A program made the position numbers and the translations under genes. Positions 21,315 through 31,948 of a stretch of DNA of 64,000 bases are shown here, piece by piece (the stretch's first letter is position 1; the number at the start of each line of letters is the position of its first letter). The notes below the pieces were generated by a model, which was given only the letters and a program-made list of their open reading frames with translations, made no database searches and was not told where the DNA came from. The stretch spans positions 2,016,001 through 2,080,000 of the forward strand of contig CBDBCZ010000019.1 in the NCBI GenBank assembly GCA_965203295.1, written 5' to 3'. Source of the stretch: Nitrospirales bacterium. GTDB lineage: Bacteria; Nitrospirota; Nitrospiria; Nitrospirales; UBA8639.

Positions 21315-22631
21315 ATGTATAAAAGGATGAATGAGATATTGCCAATCTTGTTTTGCTTATACTTGTTCTCGGTCGGCTTGTTGAGCCCAGCTTTGGCTGG
21401 GGATTTCCAAGTTGGTCAAACCATGAGTTTGCACGCAACAAAACCGATAGGGGTTCCTTTGCATCGGGAACCTACGCCCAGCTTTTGGAAACATGTTCCG
21501 CACGGTTCTCTGGCTACGATTCGGAAAATTACGAAAGATGGGCGGTGGCTTGACATTATGTTGGAGACGGGGGAAGAAGGGTGGGTGGTCCAAAAGTATC
21601 TCCAGCCAGCTCCCTCAGGACCAGACCAGTCGGATAAAACCTCGGACCCTGCCCGAGATGAACAAATCGTGTGGTCATCACCCACTCAATGCGAACAGGT
21701 TGTTCATGATAGAAGACGCATGGTTCCCGCTTCTTCCTCAACTCTTCTGTTGGCAACCTGGAATGTTCGATGGTTTCCGAACGGCCAACCTCCGAATCAA
21801 CCTGAGAACTTCGCAGCCAGCATAGATCTCAATTGGCTCGTCTGTACGATTATATGGATGAACGTGGACATTTTGGCGGTCCAAGAAAGTTTGGCCACTC
21901 CCGAAGCTCGAAAAGCTTGGGATGTGGTCGTCACAACATTGCAACAGAAAACCGAGGCCAGGTGGCGTTGGTCACGCCAACGGTGCGGACATCCTGATGC
22001 TCACCATATTGGTTTTTTGTGGAACACGAGACGCGTGACCCTTTCTCATTTCGACAGCCTTTGGCAGCTCAATGCGAAAGCCAAATCCTTCCATGAACCT
22101 TGCGCAGGGGGCCTCCGCCCAGGGCATTACGCCTGGGTGAAGTCGCGCGCGAAGAACGGCGTTGATTTTCATTTGATTGCGGTCCATTTAAAATCAGGCC
22201 CAACTGTGGCAGCTGTGGAAGAACGACATCGCGCCCTGAATCGTATTGACAAGGCTATCGCTCCCTTACTTGATCAGGACCAGGATGTCGTGATTCTGGG
22301 TGATCTCAATACCATGGGTGCGGGCGACAGGAGGTCAAGATCCTACGAGCTTAAATCTCTCCGCCGACTGGTGGCTAAGGAACAGCCAGGGTTTCAGGAT
22401 CTGCCCATTGAGCCACAGTGCACTCAGTATTTTCGAGGACGAGGTGGTTGGCTGGATCATGTGCTGGTGACAAAAGGCATGAGAGAATTGGCAGGCACAT
22501 CAGGACAGGTAACCGGGTATTGCGCTGTAGCGAATTGCCGACGAATCAAAGGCGATTATCCCCCTGCCTATCGCCGGTTATCAGATCATTGTCCGGTTAT
22601 TTTTCAAATCAAGGATCGGGATCTGGATTAA
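21315..22631 (+). CDS. Exported endonuclease/exonuclease/phosphatase family protein with N-terminal SH3-like domain
   Basis: Signal peptide, GWVVQKYL SH3-like end, ATWNVRWF, AVQE, VHLKSG, GDLN, LDHVLV, SDHCPV. Confidence 0.8.
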   Translation: MYKRMNEILPILFCLYLFSVGLLSPALAGDFQVGQTMSLHATKPIGVPLHREPTPSFWKHVPHGSLATIRKITKDGRWLDIMLETGEEGWVVQKYLQPAPSGPDQSDKTSDPARDEQIVWSSPTQCEQVVHDRRRMVPASSSTLLLATWNVRWFPNGQPPNQPENFAASIDLNWLVCTIIWMNVDILAVQESLATPEARKAWDVVVTTLQQKTEARWRWSRQRCGHPDAHHIGFLWNTRRVTLSHFDSLWQLNAKAKSFHEPCAGGLRPGHYAWVKSRAKNGVDFHLIAVHLKSGPTVAAVEERHRALNRIDKAIAPLLDQDQDVVILGDLNTMGAGDRRSRSYELKSLRRLVAKEQPGFQDLPIEPQCTQYFRGRGGWLDHVLVTKGMRELAGTSGQVTGYCAVANCRRIKGDYPPAYRRLSDHCPVIFQIKDRDLD

Positions 22632-22712
22632 GGCCTGGCAGCCGTGGCTCCTATTAGGGCTTCGGTCACCGACGCGCCAAAGCTTCAGCGGCGAGCGCGT
22701 CGGCGGGTAAAT
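22631..22712. repeat. REP-like palindromic repeat, copy 1
   Basis: Stem CCGACGCGC...GCGCGTCGG; shares GGCAGCCGTGGCT and CGCGCCA.AGCTTCAGCGGCG...AGCGCGT.GGCGGGT with 47634-47708. Confidence 0.7.
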
Positions 22713-22766
22713 TTCCTCATTGAAAAAAACAAGTCCCGACGCCTTTCCTGGCCATGGTTTATTGGC

Positions 22767-23672
22767 TCACCGCTTCCGAGGCTGTGAGGTTTCTAAAATT
22801 TCTCCCCATCGAGACAAGAATGTGGTCACAAATCTGTGTTCTTGGGTGGGTTCGACAGCACGCGGTGCAATGGCTAATCCCACAGCCAAGGCAATGTGGT
22901 ACCTCACTGACCTGGAAGCCACTGCGCGCCGATATGCCGGATGAGCTTGGTTCATCCAAATTGCTGATTCCACTAACCGCCCTAACTCCGGGTCTCCTGG
23001 ACGCTCTTCGAATTGAATTTCTAGACCTAATCGTCCTGCACGGTTTGGACTTCCTTTGCCAGGAAGCAAGACTGAATCCATAGAAACCGAAGAACCCTGT
23101 ATCGACTCCTCACGGTGTTCTGTTATCTGTTGGGGACTTGATTCTTGAAAGTCATTGACCGACTCAGCTTGATCCTATTCGTTCACCATAGACGGGACAA
23201 GCCCGGTTATCATTAACATTTGCGCATTTTCAACTGAACCAGGACCTCCCAATGGAAGCCGTTTCTGGCCTCCCTTCTTATGCTCCACTAAAGTCCCTAA
23301 CAAGGGAGACAGGTCAGACAAATCCTCTAGGACTCGCTCAAGATCGCGTTCCAGCGGACGCTTTTGGCGAGACGGCATATCCTCCTCAGCATCACGCGCA
23401 TCTCCCCAGTCGGATAGCTGTCGTTGCACGACTTGTTGAATCGCTTTGCGGTAACCAAGATATGTGGCACCTCGTGATCCAATACGGATGAAATCTCCTT
23501 TATTGACGGTTAACATCGTCCTTGTGGAATCTGTCATGAGAGCTACTTCGTAAGCCCTTGAGTCCAGAGAGTTAGCGATCACTTCCGTGAGAATGGTTTC
23601 CTCCAATCCTCCTAGGTATGCATCCCGTAAGTCTTCCAGCAGATGAAGCAAATCAACTCGTGTTTCACCCAT
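22767..23672 (-). pseudogene. Degraded GHKL/HATPase-type ATP-binding protein
   Basis: N-terminal LTEVIANSLDS (E-x3-N-x2-D box) but the later GHKL boxes are missing; split into two fragments (23175-23672, 22767-23081). Confidence 0.55.
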
Positions 23673-23947
23673 AGATTACACTCAATACCTTGTTTTTTAG
23701 GAAAGCCTTTTAGGAATTGCGAGCCAATTGTTTACCATGTCACTAAGTCCAGGCAAAATCTGAACCCCCTATGTGTATCCAAAATGATCCAATTGGTGAG
23801 TAGAAGGCCACTTCAATCAACCTCTCCTTTCACATTTCCCAGTATTTTTCGTGCCCCTTCTTTAATTTGTTATCAAAATCACGCTTTCCTTGGTTATTTA
23901 CCCACTGCGTTCATTCTATTTTCCACCTTGACAAATCTAACAGAATC

Positions 23948-23989
23948 ACACAATATATAGTAGTTTTACTTATAGTAAAACTCTATATA
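23948..23989. promoter_or_regulatory. AT-rich palindrome containing an NrdR-box-like 16-mer
   Basis: TATATAG-T-AGTTTTACT-tat-AGTAAAACT-CTATATA inverted repeat; ACACAATATATAGTAG at 23948; TTGACA at 23928. Confidence 0.35.
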
Positions 23990-24143
23990 CACGATTTATT
24001 CTGTTATTTTTATTTAGGTGTAAAATACTAAATATTATGAAGAAATTTAATGGAGGTTCGAAAATTGCAGAAAGTGCGGATATTCTGAATAACGGATCCA
24101 ATTCCTAAACTTGTGGTTCACCCAACGCAAAAGGAGACGCGTC

Positions 24144-24383
24144 ATGGCAACCCAACTCAAAGAAACATCGAAGGGGGCCGTACTCAAAAAACGTCGAGTT
24201 AAGGGAGAAGAACGGTGGTTTGTTCGGGTCACGTGTAATTTATTCGGGCCCCGTGAATACGGACCATTTCCTGCAGAAGAAGATGCGGAACAATTTCGAG
24301 ATGGTGCTGAATTTGAACTTCGTAAATTGTTAGATCAGGAACTCCCAACACGCTCCGTGGATTTTCGACCTCCGTTTGGCTAA
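24144..24383 (+). CDS. Small hypothetical protein (79 aa)
   Basis: AGGAG RBS before ATG 24144; W...YGPF...EEDAEQF pattern. Confidence 0.55.
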   Translation: MATQLKETSKGAVLKKRRVKGEERWFVRVTCNLFGPREYGPFPAEEDAEQFRDGAEFELRKLLDQELPTRSVDFRPPFG

Positions 24384-24541
24384 CTTGGAAAGATCCAGAA
24401 GATCCTAGGCATTCTGTTCTTCTCTGAATCTTACTTATTCCTACCCATGAGGTTGTGGTAGAGGATCTTTTTGATCTTCTGTCATAATCTATCAAAACAC
24501 TTTTCTTTCAGTCCTAGAAAGTTCTCCCATCATCGCCTCAT

Positions 24542-25123
24542 TCAAAAGGAGAGGATTGTTCGAATCCTTTTAGTTCTCTTCGATATCATGAGGGAACGGC
24601 GATAAACTGCGACAAACGCTGAAATCGATAGAACAGGCAACCAAATCCAAATAAACTCACTGGCTAAGACTTGCAAACCCCAGGAGCTAAAAAATTCCTG
24701 AATCCCTAAAGGCGAGACCTTGATAGGTGTCCATGGGAAGAAATAGCGGGTGTTATCAAATGGGGCGAAAAATGCGACGCCTAACCCTCCATCTGTCAGA
24801 GCGTCAAGCACTCCATGGAATACTGTCACCAAGAAAAAATGCGTCAATAGGATCCACCCATGCCGAGACAGAACCTTCACGCTCGGAAATCCCACCCTCA
24901 CCACTAGCACACTCAACAGGAAAGCGAATCCCAAGGAATGGGTTAATCCTCGATGACCCCACATATCATCGTAAGGAATCCCAAGACTCCATCCCACGAC
25001 GTCGATATCTGGGACAAGGGAACATATTATAGAAAGAACCCAAAACCGAACAGGTGGGTCACGCCATCCCCACATTTTCCCCAGGGCAACGGCCAACAAT
25101 CCATGTGCAAAAGCGGATGCCAT
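24542..25123 (-). CDS. YdjM-like membrane metal-dependent hydrolase
   Basis: AH, PDID, HRGLTHS, HGVLDALTDGG motifs. Confidence 0.88.
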   Translation of the reverse strand: MASAFAHGLLAVALGKMWGWRDPPVRFWVLSIICSLVPDIDVVGWSLGIPYDDMWGHRGLTHSLGFAFLLSVLVVRVGFPSVKVLSRHGWILLTHFFLVTVFHGVLDALTDGGLGVAFFAPFDNTRYFFPWTPIKVSPLGIQEFFSSWGLQVLASEFIWIWLPVLSISAFVAVYRRSLMISKRTKRIRTILSF

Positions 25124-25223
25124 GTGTGTCTATTTTCGATTGATGTCTGGAAGAGACCTTATTCCCTAGATCCGTCAATATTCAATTCCAATGCCTTTTC
25201 TCCGCCTCATAGAAACTTAACCC

Positions 25224-27218
25224 TTGATCCTCATGGACAATAAACTTTTTCGTTCATTCCTTACGAGCAAGCCCTTGTTCTTTTCATTCCCATTCTCACC
25301 ATCTTTCCACCAAATTCCTACCAAGCCTTGGCGAAGTTCCCCTCTTTTCTTGCTTACTGCTGCGGTAATTTCTTTGTGTATCCTCATAGGAGTCGCCTTT
25401 GGATCAGACATTGCAGTGACTTCTCCACGTCCCTATTCACATAACACAAACACCACTGACAGCTCTTTTACCCGCACTTCTCGCTATCTCACCATGCGCG
25501 ATGGGGTCAAGATTGCAGTGGATGTCTACCTGCCAGCCGACATGAACTCCAATGATCGTCTGCCGACCCTTCTTCACCAAATCCGATATTGGCGAGCCGT
25601 TGCCTACCAATGGCCCTTGAGCATAGTGAAAAACCCAGAAACACGAGGATACATCGGAATCTTTGCCAAACGATTTCTTGCAAACGGATATGCATGGGTG
25701 GATGTGGATGTACGTGGATCCGGAGCCTCATTCGGTAAGAGACGGTTTTCTCATTCCCCTGAGGAAATTCAAGACGGGGCGGAAGTTGTTGAGTGGATTA
25801 TCCACCAACCTTGGTCCAACGGACGAGTGGGATCAATAGGGATCTCCTATGGTGGAGCCTCGGCTGAACTTCTTTTGGCTAACCAACATCCAGTGGTTAA
25901 GGCTGCGGCTCCCCTTTTTTCTGGTTTTGACTTGTACCCGGAAATTGCCTTCCCAGGCGGGATTCAGCTCACGTGGTTCACGAAAACCTGGAGTTATATC
26001 AACCACCAACTGGACTCCAATGCGCTTCCTTTCGCTGGATGGTTCACCAAATTTCTGATCCAGGGTGTTTCTCCGGTAGATACGGACCCAGAAGGAACAC
26101 TCTTGGCAGCTGCCATACAAGACCATCAACTGAATTGGGACCCCCATACGGAAGGATTGGGAATTACATTCCGTGACGATCCTCCCCCTTCCCGTTCTGC
26201 TCCCAACATTGATGCGTTGAGCCCCTTTACCTCATCCCCAGCCCTCATGGATTCTGGAGCCGCCATTTACAGCTATAGCGGATGGCTTGACGGTGGATAC
26301 CAGCATGGAGCCATTCGAAGGCACCTTACCCTGACCAATCCCGGCAACAAACTGATTATTGGTCCCTGGGACCATGGTGGCAAACGAAATATCAGTCCAA
26401 CCAACATAGGACCATCGGCATTCGATCACGGTGGAGAATTACTCAAATTTTTTGATTATCATTTGAAGGGAGTGACTAATGGGATCACGCAGGAGAAACC
26501 GATCCACTATTTTACGATGGTTGAGGATCAATGGAAGGCCATCGACCACTGGCTACCCGCATCAACTCTCACGACCTACTACTTTGGCCCCAACCATTCT
26601 CTTTCCTCTCAAGCCCTTGATGAGCATGGTGGTTCAGATTCATACATGGTCAACCCCACTGTAGGAACGGGCCGACAAACGCGTTGGAACACCTTGGTGG
26701 GAAAACCCATCACCAATCCTTATCCCCACCAAAACCAAAAAAGCCAAAAACTCCTCCTTTATACATCAGATCCCCTCGATCAAGACACGGAAGTGACCGG
26801 TCATCCACTCATAACCCTTTAGGTCAGTTCGACTGCGAGGGATGGTGCGTTTTTCGCCTATTTTGAGGATGTCGATCCACAAGGTCACGTGACGTACGTC
26901 ACAGAAGAAATGATCCGGGCTCTTCATCGCCAACTTCGCAATGACTCACAGCCTTATTCTGACCTCGTTCCTTATCGAACATTTTCCCGTGCTGATTCAC
27001 GTCCTTTAATCCCTGAGGAAATCGCGAATATAACCTTTGACTTACTTCCCACCTCCTATCTGTTTAAAAAAGACCACCGTATCCAAATAGCTTTGGCCGG
27101 AGCGGATCCAGACCATTTTCTCCAAATCCCATCAAACATAGTGGAAAATGCCCCGACGTTGACTCTTTACCGACATGCTCCCTATCTTTCTCATATCCAA
27201 CTTCCCATTGTCCTCTAA
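25224..27218 (+). pseudogene. CocE/NonD family (S15) hydrolase with one in-frame TAG
   Basis: MRDGVKIAVD, DVRGSGASFG, GISYGG nucleophile, IGPWDH; TAG at 26820-26822 and the same frame continues (VSSTARDGAFFAYFEDVDP...) to 27218. Confidence 0.8.
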
Positions 27219-27532
27219 TTCTGGGCAATTCATGATTTTGCGACAAGAACGATCCACTAATATTTTTCCCTTACAGATCCCGAGCTAAGTCCTTTTGTTT
27301 TCACGCGAAATTTCAATTCCCCAACTCCATCCCCAAAAAATGGGGACAACGTTGTGGAAAGCATGCGTAATATAAAAAACACCCTGCATTGAAGCCATAT
27401 AAACCATTTTGCATTAAGTTTAGGCATTGTGGTTGCCCTCGACTTCACCACAAAATCTGGATTCGGATTAGCCCCCAAGAGGAACCACGTATCCTTTGAA
27501 TAGGGTAATAGGGCACGGTATGGGAATAAAGA

Positions 27533-28174
27533 TTATTGGGGTTTGATGATGAGGACTCCATCACGAATTGTGACGAGCACGGCTGAAACTCGAGGGTCTC
27601 TTGCCACGACTCGATTTAGTTCTTGAATCACTGCGGTGGTCTCATCTCCAGGTGGATGTCGAATGACCTCCCCGCTCCAAAGCACATTATCAATAAGGAT
27701 GACACCGTTATCCGAAATGAAGTCCAAATTCCGCTGGTAATAATTCAGGTAATTGATTTTATCCGCGTCAATAAAAATCACATCAAAATGGCCAGAGAGT
27801 CCATTTAAAGTTTCCAATGCCGGGGCCAGCCGCAGATCGATCTTTGAGCCATGAGGGCTTTGGGCAAAGTGCTTTTTGGCAATCGCGGTGGCATCAGGAT
27901 CAATGTCACAAGTGATGATTGTTCCGTCAGCAGGTAGGACTTCGGCAAAACAGAGTGCACTGTAGCCTGTAAAGGTTCCAATCTCTAAAATTCGCTGAGC
28001 GTTGACCATTTGAGACATCATCTTTAAGAAAGCCCCTTCCAAGGGTCCCACCAACATCTGCGACAATTCCATGGTTTTTATGGTTTCTTCTCGAAGCTTA
28101 TGGCAGATTGTGGACTCAGGAATAGAATGGGCCTCCGCATAAGTTTCAACTTCCGGTGCAATTAACGTTTTCAT
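27533..28174 (-). CDS. O-methyltransferase (COMT/CCoAOMT family)
   Basis: LEIGTFTGYS, FDVIFIDADK, IDNVLWSG; probable start 28174. Confidence 0.9.
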   Translation of the reverse strand: MKTLIAPEVETYAEAHSIPESTICHKLREETIKTMELSQMLVGPLEGAFLKMMSQMVNAQRILEIGTFTGYSALCFAEVLPADGTIITCDIDPDATAIAKKHFAQSPHGSKIDLRLAPALETLNGLSGHFDVIFIDADKINYLNYYQRNLDFISDNGVILIDNVLWSGEVIRHPPGDETTAVIQELNRVVARDPRVSAVLVTIRDGVLIIKPQ

Positions 28175-28376
28175 GAAAGATCCTTTCTCTTTATTCAACC
28201 AAACAGCCTGTGCTCTATACTCCTCTTCCAACATGGAGACGAGATAAAAAGCACTGCATTTCCATCACTAACCCTTGCATCCCATTGCATCCATCTGGTT
28301 TCATACGTAAAGTGTCGTTCTCCCAAATCCCTTAATGAAGTTCATTCTTTTATTATTTTTCAGCAATTAGCGCCAT

Positions 28377-29903
28377 ATGAATTCATCTGAAACATTAGAA
28401 CAACTCAACCACAAACTTCGTGAGATTCATCACTTGAAGGATGCCGTGGCCCTCCTTTCTTGGGATCAGGAAACCTACATGCCAGCCAGTGGAGGTGAGG
28501 CGCGCGCCGATCAGATCGCGACGCTCCAAACCCTCGCCCACAAGGGGTTGACCTCTCCTGAAATAGAGGATCTGCTAACCACTTGGATCGACCCAGAAAC
28601 AGGCGAAGGGCATTCCCAATATGCTTTGCTTGATGCGCGAACACAAGCCTTACTTCGTGAGACATGGCGTGACTTCAACCGTGCCAGAAAACTTCCCTCT
28701 TCTTTTGTCAATCGCTTGGAACGCGAATGCTCTCTTGCCCAACAGGCCTGGACAGAAGCCAAAGGGAAAAATGATTTTGTCACGTTTTTTCCTCATCTTC
28801 GGACTATTGTTTCTCTTAAACATGAGGAAACCCAGTACGTCGGATATTCTGAATCTCCTTACAACGCACTGCTGGATACCTATGAACCAGGTCTCACGGT
28901 TGCCCAAATCAAGCCATTGTTTTCCCGGATGAGGGAAAAGCTTGTTCCTCTTCTTGATAACATCCGTCAGGCTCCGATTCAACCCAAGGATGCTCTGCTT
29001 CATCAACCCTTTGATCCTGACAAACAAATGACGTTTGGTCGCATGGTCCTCACTCGCATGGGCTATGATTTTCAAAAAGGTCGCCTCGACTTATCAGCCC
29101 ACCCCTTTACCACTTCTTTTCATCCTACGGATGTTCGTGTCACCACCAGAGTCTTTGAAAAAGACCTTCCTTCCTGTTTGTTTAGTTGCATACACGAAGG
29201 CGGACATGGTCTTTACGAACAAGGTCTGCCGTCTGATGACCATGGAACGCCCTTAGGGGAACCTATTTCCCTTGGGATGCATGAAAGTCAGTCGCGGTTG
29301 TGGGAAAATTGTATCGGGCGCTCACTTTCATTTTGGAGTTACTTCTTCCCTCACCTCCAACAAACCTTCCCAAAACAATTGAGCCACACATCACTCGAAG
29401 AATTTTACCGAGCCATCAATACCGTCAAGCCTTCTTTCATCCGCGCAGAGGCGGACGAAGTCACGTATAATTTGCACATCATGCTTCGTTTTGAGATCGA
29501 ACTGGACTTATTGGAACGCCGCATCGAGGTCGAGGACTTGCCCAGTTTTTGGAATGAAAAAATGAGAGACTACCTGGGGATCGTCCCAGATCGTAATTCC
29601 GATGGAGTGCTTCAGGACGTGCATTGGTCACTCGGCGCTTTTGGGTACTTCCCAACCTATACGTTGGGCAATTTGTATGCGGCCATGCTGTACCATCAAG
29701 CCAACATGGATCTTCCAGATTTTCAGTCTCGGATTGCAGCCGGCGAGCTTACGGCATTGAAGAATTGGTTACAGACTAAAGTCCATCGTTGGGGTCGACA
29801 GTTTACATCTGAAGAATTGATATACCAGATTACCGGGCAAAGCCTGAATACCGAACCGTTTCTTCAGTATGTGGAAGAGAAAATAAAAACTGTGTATGGT
29901 TAG
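28377..29903 (+). CDS. Carboxypeptidase Taq, M32 family
   Basis: WDQETYMP, HPF, DVRVTT, HEGGH, HESQS, IRAEADE, GYFPTYTLG. Confidence 0.95.
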   Translation: MNSSETLEQLNHKLREIHHLKDAVALLSWDQETYMPASGGEARADQIATLQTLAHKGLTSPEIEDLLTTWIDPETGEGHSQYALLDARTQALLRETWRDFNRARKLPSSFVNRLERECSLAQQAWTEAKGKNDFVTFFPHLRTIVSLKHEETQYVGYSESPYNALLDTYEPGLTVAQIKPLFSRMREKLVPLLDNIRQAPIQPKDALLHQPFDPDKQMTFGRMVLTRMGYDFQKGRLDLSAHPFTTSFHPTDVRVTTRVFEKDLPSCLFSCIHEGGHGLYEQGLPSDDHGTPLGEPISLGMHESQSRLWENCIGRSLSFWSYFFPHLQQTFPKQLSHTSLEEFYRAINTVKPSFIRAEADEVTYNLHIMLRFEIELDLLERRIEVEDLPSFWNEKMRDYLGIVPDRNSDGVLQDVHWSLGAFGYFPTYTLGNLYAAMLYHQANMDLPDFQSRIAAGELTALKNWLQTKVHRWGRQFTSEELIYQITGQSLNTEPFLQYVEEKIKTVYG

Positions 29904-29910
29904 ATCTCCT

Positions 29911-29933
29911 ATGCCTTTTATCTATAAAGGCAT
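29911..29933 (+). terminator. Hairpin after the M32 peptidase gene
   Basis: ATGCCTTTTA-tcta-TAAAGGCAT inverted repeat. Confidence 0.4.
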
Positions 29934-30125
29934 GTCACGTGTCCCACTTCTTCCATAATCTTCTCCACCCCCACATTGATGTTATCCAACTAGATAAACT
30001 TTCGTATCCGTAAAGATACAGACTTCTCCTTTGAACCTCCTGCCAACATTCCTGATCTTTTAAATTCTCCTTTGAAATTAAAGAATTCGATCTTTCCAAT
30101 GCACGGTGTGGATAGAATTATCTTT

Positions 30126-30142
30126 CTGGCATATTTCCTGCT
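30126..30142 (+). promoter_or_regulatory. Putative sigma54 -24/-12 promoter
   Basis: CTGGCATATTTCCTGCT with exact GG-N10-GC spacing, about 55 nt upstream of the comEA-like ATG. Confidence 0.5.
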
Positions 30143-30197
30143 CTATTCGTCAATTAGCAAACATTCACAATCATTTTTTTAACAAAGGAGGAAGAAC

Positions 30198-30494
30198 ATG
30201 ATGAAACCGTTCTTGCAATCACCCCATTCTCTTCTCATGAAGACAATGGGGGTGTTTCTTTTGGTGTTAGGCCTGCAGGGATTAGGGATGGCCATGGAAG
30301 GAAAGGTCGATGTAAACACTGCAACCGTGAAGGAACTTCAAATGCTTCCGGGCGTTGGGAAGGCCATTGCCGAGCGCATTGTCGAATATCGAAAAACCAA
30401 TGGCCCTTTTGAGTCGGTTGACGATCTCAAGAACGTCAAAGGCATTGGAAAGGCCAAACTTGATAAGCTCAAGGATCATGTCAACATCGAGTAG
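30198..30494 (+). CDS. comEA: ComEA-family periplasmic HhH DNA-binding protein
   Basis: Signal peptide; VDVNTAT, LPGVGKAIAERIVEYR, GPFESVDDL, VKGIG; AAGGAGG RBS. Confidence 0.85.
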   Translation: MMKPFLQSPHSLLMKTMGVFLLVLGLQGLGMAMEGKVDVNTATVKELQMLPGVGKAIAERIVEYRKTNGPFESVDDLKNVKGIGKAKLDKLKDHVNIE

Positions 30495-30642
30495 TAGCAG
30501 ATTCAATAAGGGCTCGATGAAATAGAAAGATCATCCATGTGATGGAGGGGGATCACGGGAGTTTTTCCCAGTCCCCTTCCTCACAGTACGTAATACATTC
30601 CCTCATCCCTTTCCTGTGTTGGCATTGATTTATTTTAGAACT

Positions 30643-31209
30643 TTACATCCCAAGAGCGGAATTCAATCGAGCAATGACGGGAGGGGGGATCGTCAATTCA
30701 CCAGTGACCTCGATTCGAGAAGGCACGAGTAAAATCGAATGAAACGGGATGTCTCGGATGAAAAGCTTCTGATCTGGTTGATCCGTGGTACTGATTTCGA
30801 CTTGTTCGACAGAATTCGTAATCTCCCCGAAATCTTGGACAGCATATCTCCCCACAATCCCTTGAAGAATTTCCCTCACCTGTTCATTGGCTTCAATATC
30901 TTCCAGCGCCTCTTCCAGAATGGTAACCACTTCTTCGCTCTCTTCTGTCAAACTGAAGTTCTCTAATCGTTCTTTTCGCCGCAACGCAAGAAGGTCATTA
31001 TCCAAATCTTTACTGAAAGCCCCATACGCAAACCGCAGAAACTCAAAATGAAAACCCTTGAGGCCTTTCCCCAGCATCTGCAACTCACTTAAGAACACCA
31101 ACTGTTGGAGCTTCACATCACTGACCATCTGGCATTCCTGCGAGTCAGTCAAATGAAGGAGGTACAACAGCAAGGCCCGGTCAACCACGATATCCTGAGG
31201 TTTACGCAT
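30643..31209 (-). CDS. Hypothetical protein, Panacea/SocA(DUF4065)-like winged helix
   Basis: KLQQLVFLSE...FEFLRFAYGAFSKDL resembles the KLQKLxF...YGP(F)S pattern. Confidence 0.45.
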   Translation of the reverse strand: MRKPQDIVVDRALLLYLLHLTDSQECQMVSDVKLQQLVFLSELQMLGKGLKGFHFEFLRFAYGAFSKDLDNDLLALRRKERLENFSLTEESEEVVTILEEALEDIEANEQVREILQGIVGRYAVQDFGEITNSVEQVEISTTDQPDQKLFIRDIPFHSILLVPSRIEVTGELTIPPPVIARLNSALGM

Positions 31210-31428
31210 GAAATCTTCCTTTGTTGAAACTCTTCTTCACCACACAAGATTTTGAGGAGAGTGGAGTCTAACGTCCCTCTAAAAGTTCCGTCAACGAATA
31301 AGCAGGGCGATGCTGTCTCTGGCAATAGAGAAGATCATGTGTCTATTGAAATATCAGCACTCGTTACTTGACCCCACCAAAGGTTTTTCGTTTTAATAGA
31401 GAATCTGTCCTCATGTGGAGTCGATCGA

Positions 31429-31935
31429 ATGTCAAAAGCCGTCAAAGAACTCGAGATCCTCAAACAACATCTTGCCAAGAATAACCTTAAATTGACTCGT
31501 CAGCGGGAAAATATTCTTACGACCTTTCTTAAAATGGAACATGTCACTGCCGAGCAGATGCACAGGCTGCTGGCGAAGAAAGACCCCCATATTGGATTAG
31601 CCACTGTCTATCGAACCTTGAAATTGTTGTGTGAAACCGGTTTGGCTCAAGAACGGCATTTTGGATCTCAAACACAGTTCGATAACGTGTCTCATAAGGG
31701 GCATCATGACCACCTCATTTGTGTCGCCTGTGACAAGATCGTGGAATTTGAGAACTGCCAGATCGAGAACCTACAAGAAGAAGTAGCGAGCCATCATGGA
31801 TTTGCGATACGCACCCACCGTCTTGAGCTTTATTGTGATCCTATTCGTCTCCCCAATGGTCAATGCAAACATTGCGATCGCGTGTTGAGCTCGCAACCCC
31901 ACTATACGGTCATGCCCTCTGAACAAAAACGATAA
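31429..31935 (+). CDS. fur: Ferric uptake regulator family repressor
   Basis: LTRQR, HVTAE, IGLATVYRTL, HHDHLICVAC, C-terminal CKHC; heads the iron ABC operon. Confidence 0.9.
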   Translation: MSKAVKELEILKQHLAKNNLKLTRQRENILTTFLKMEHVTAEQMHRLLAKKDPHIGLATVYRTLKLLCETGLAQERHFGSQTQFDNVSHKGHHDHLICVACDKIVEFENCQIENLQEEVASHHGFAIRTHRLELYCDPIRLPNGQCKHCDRVLSSQPHYTVMPSEQKR

Positions 31936-31948
31936 CAGTAGGTCTTCT

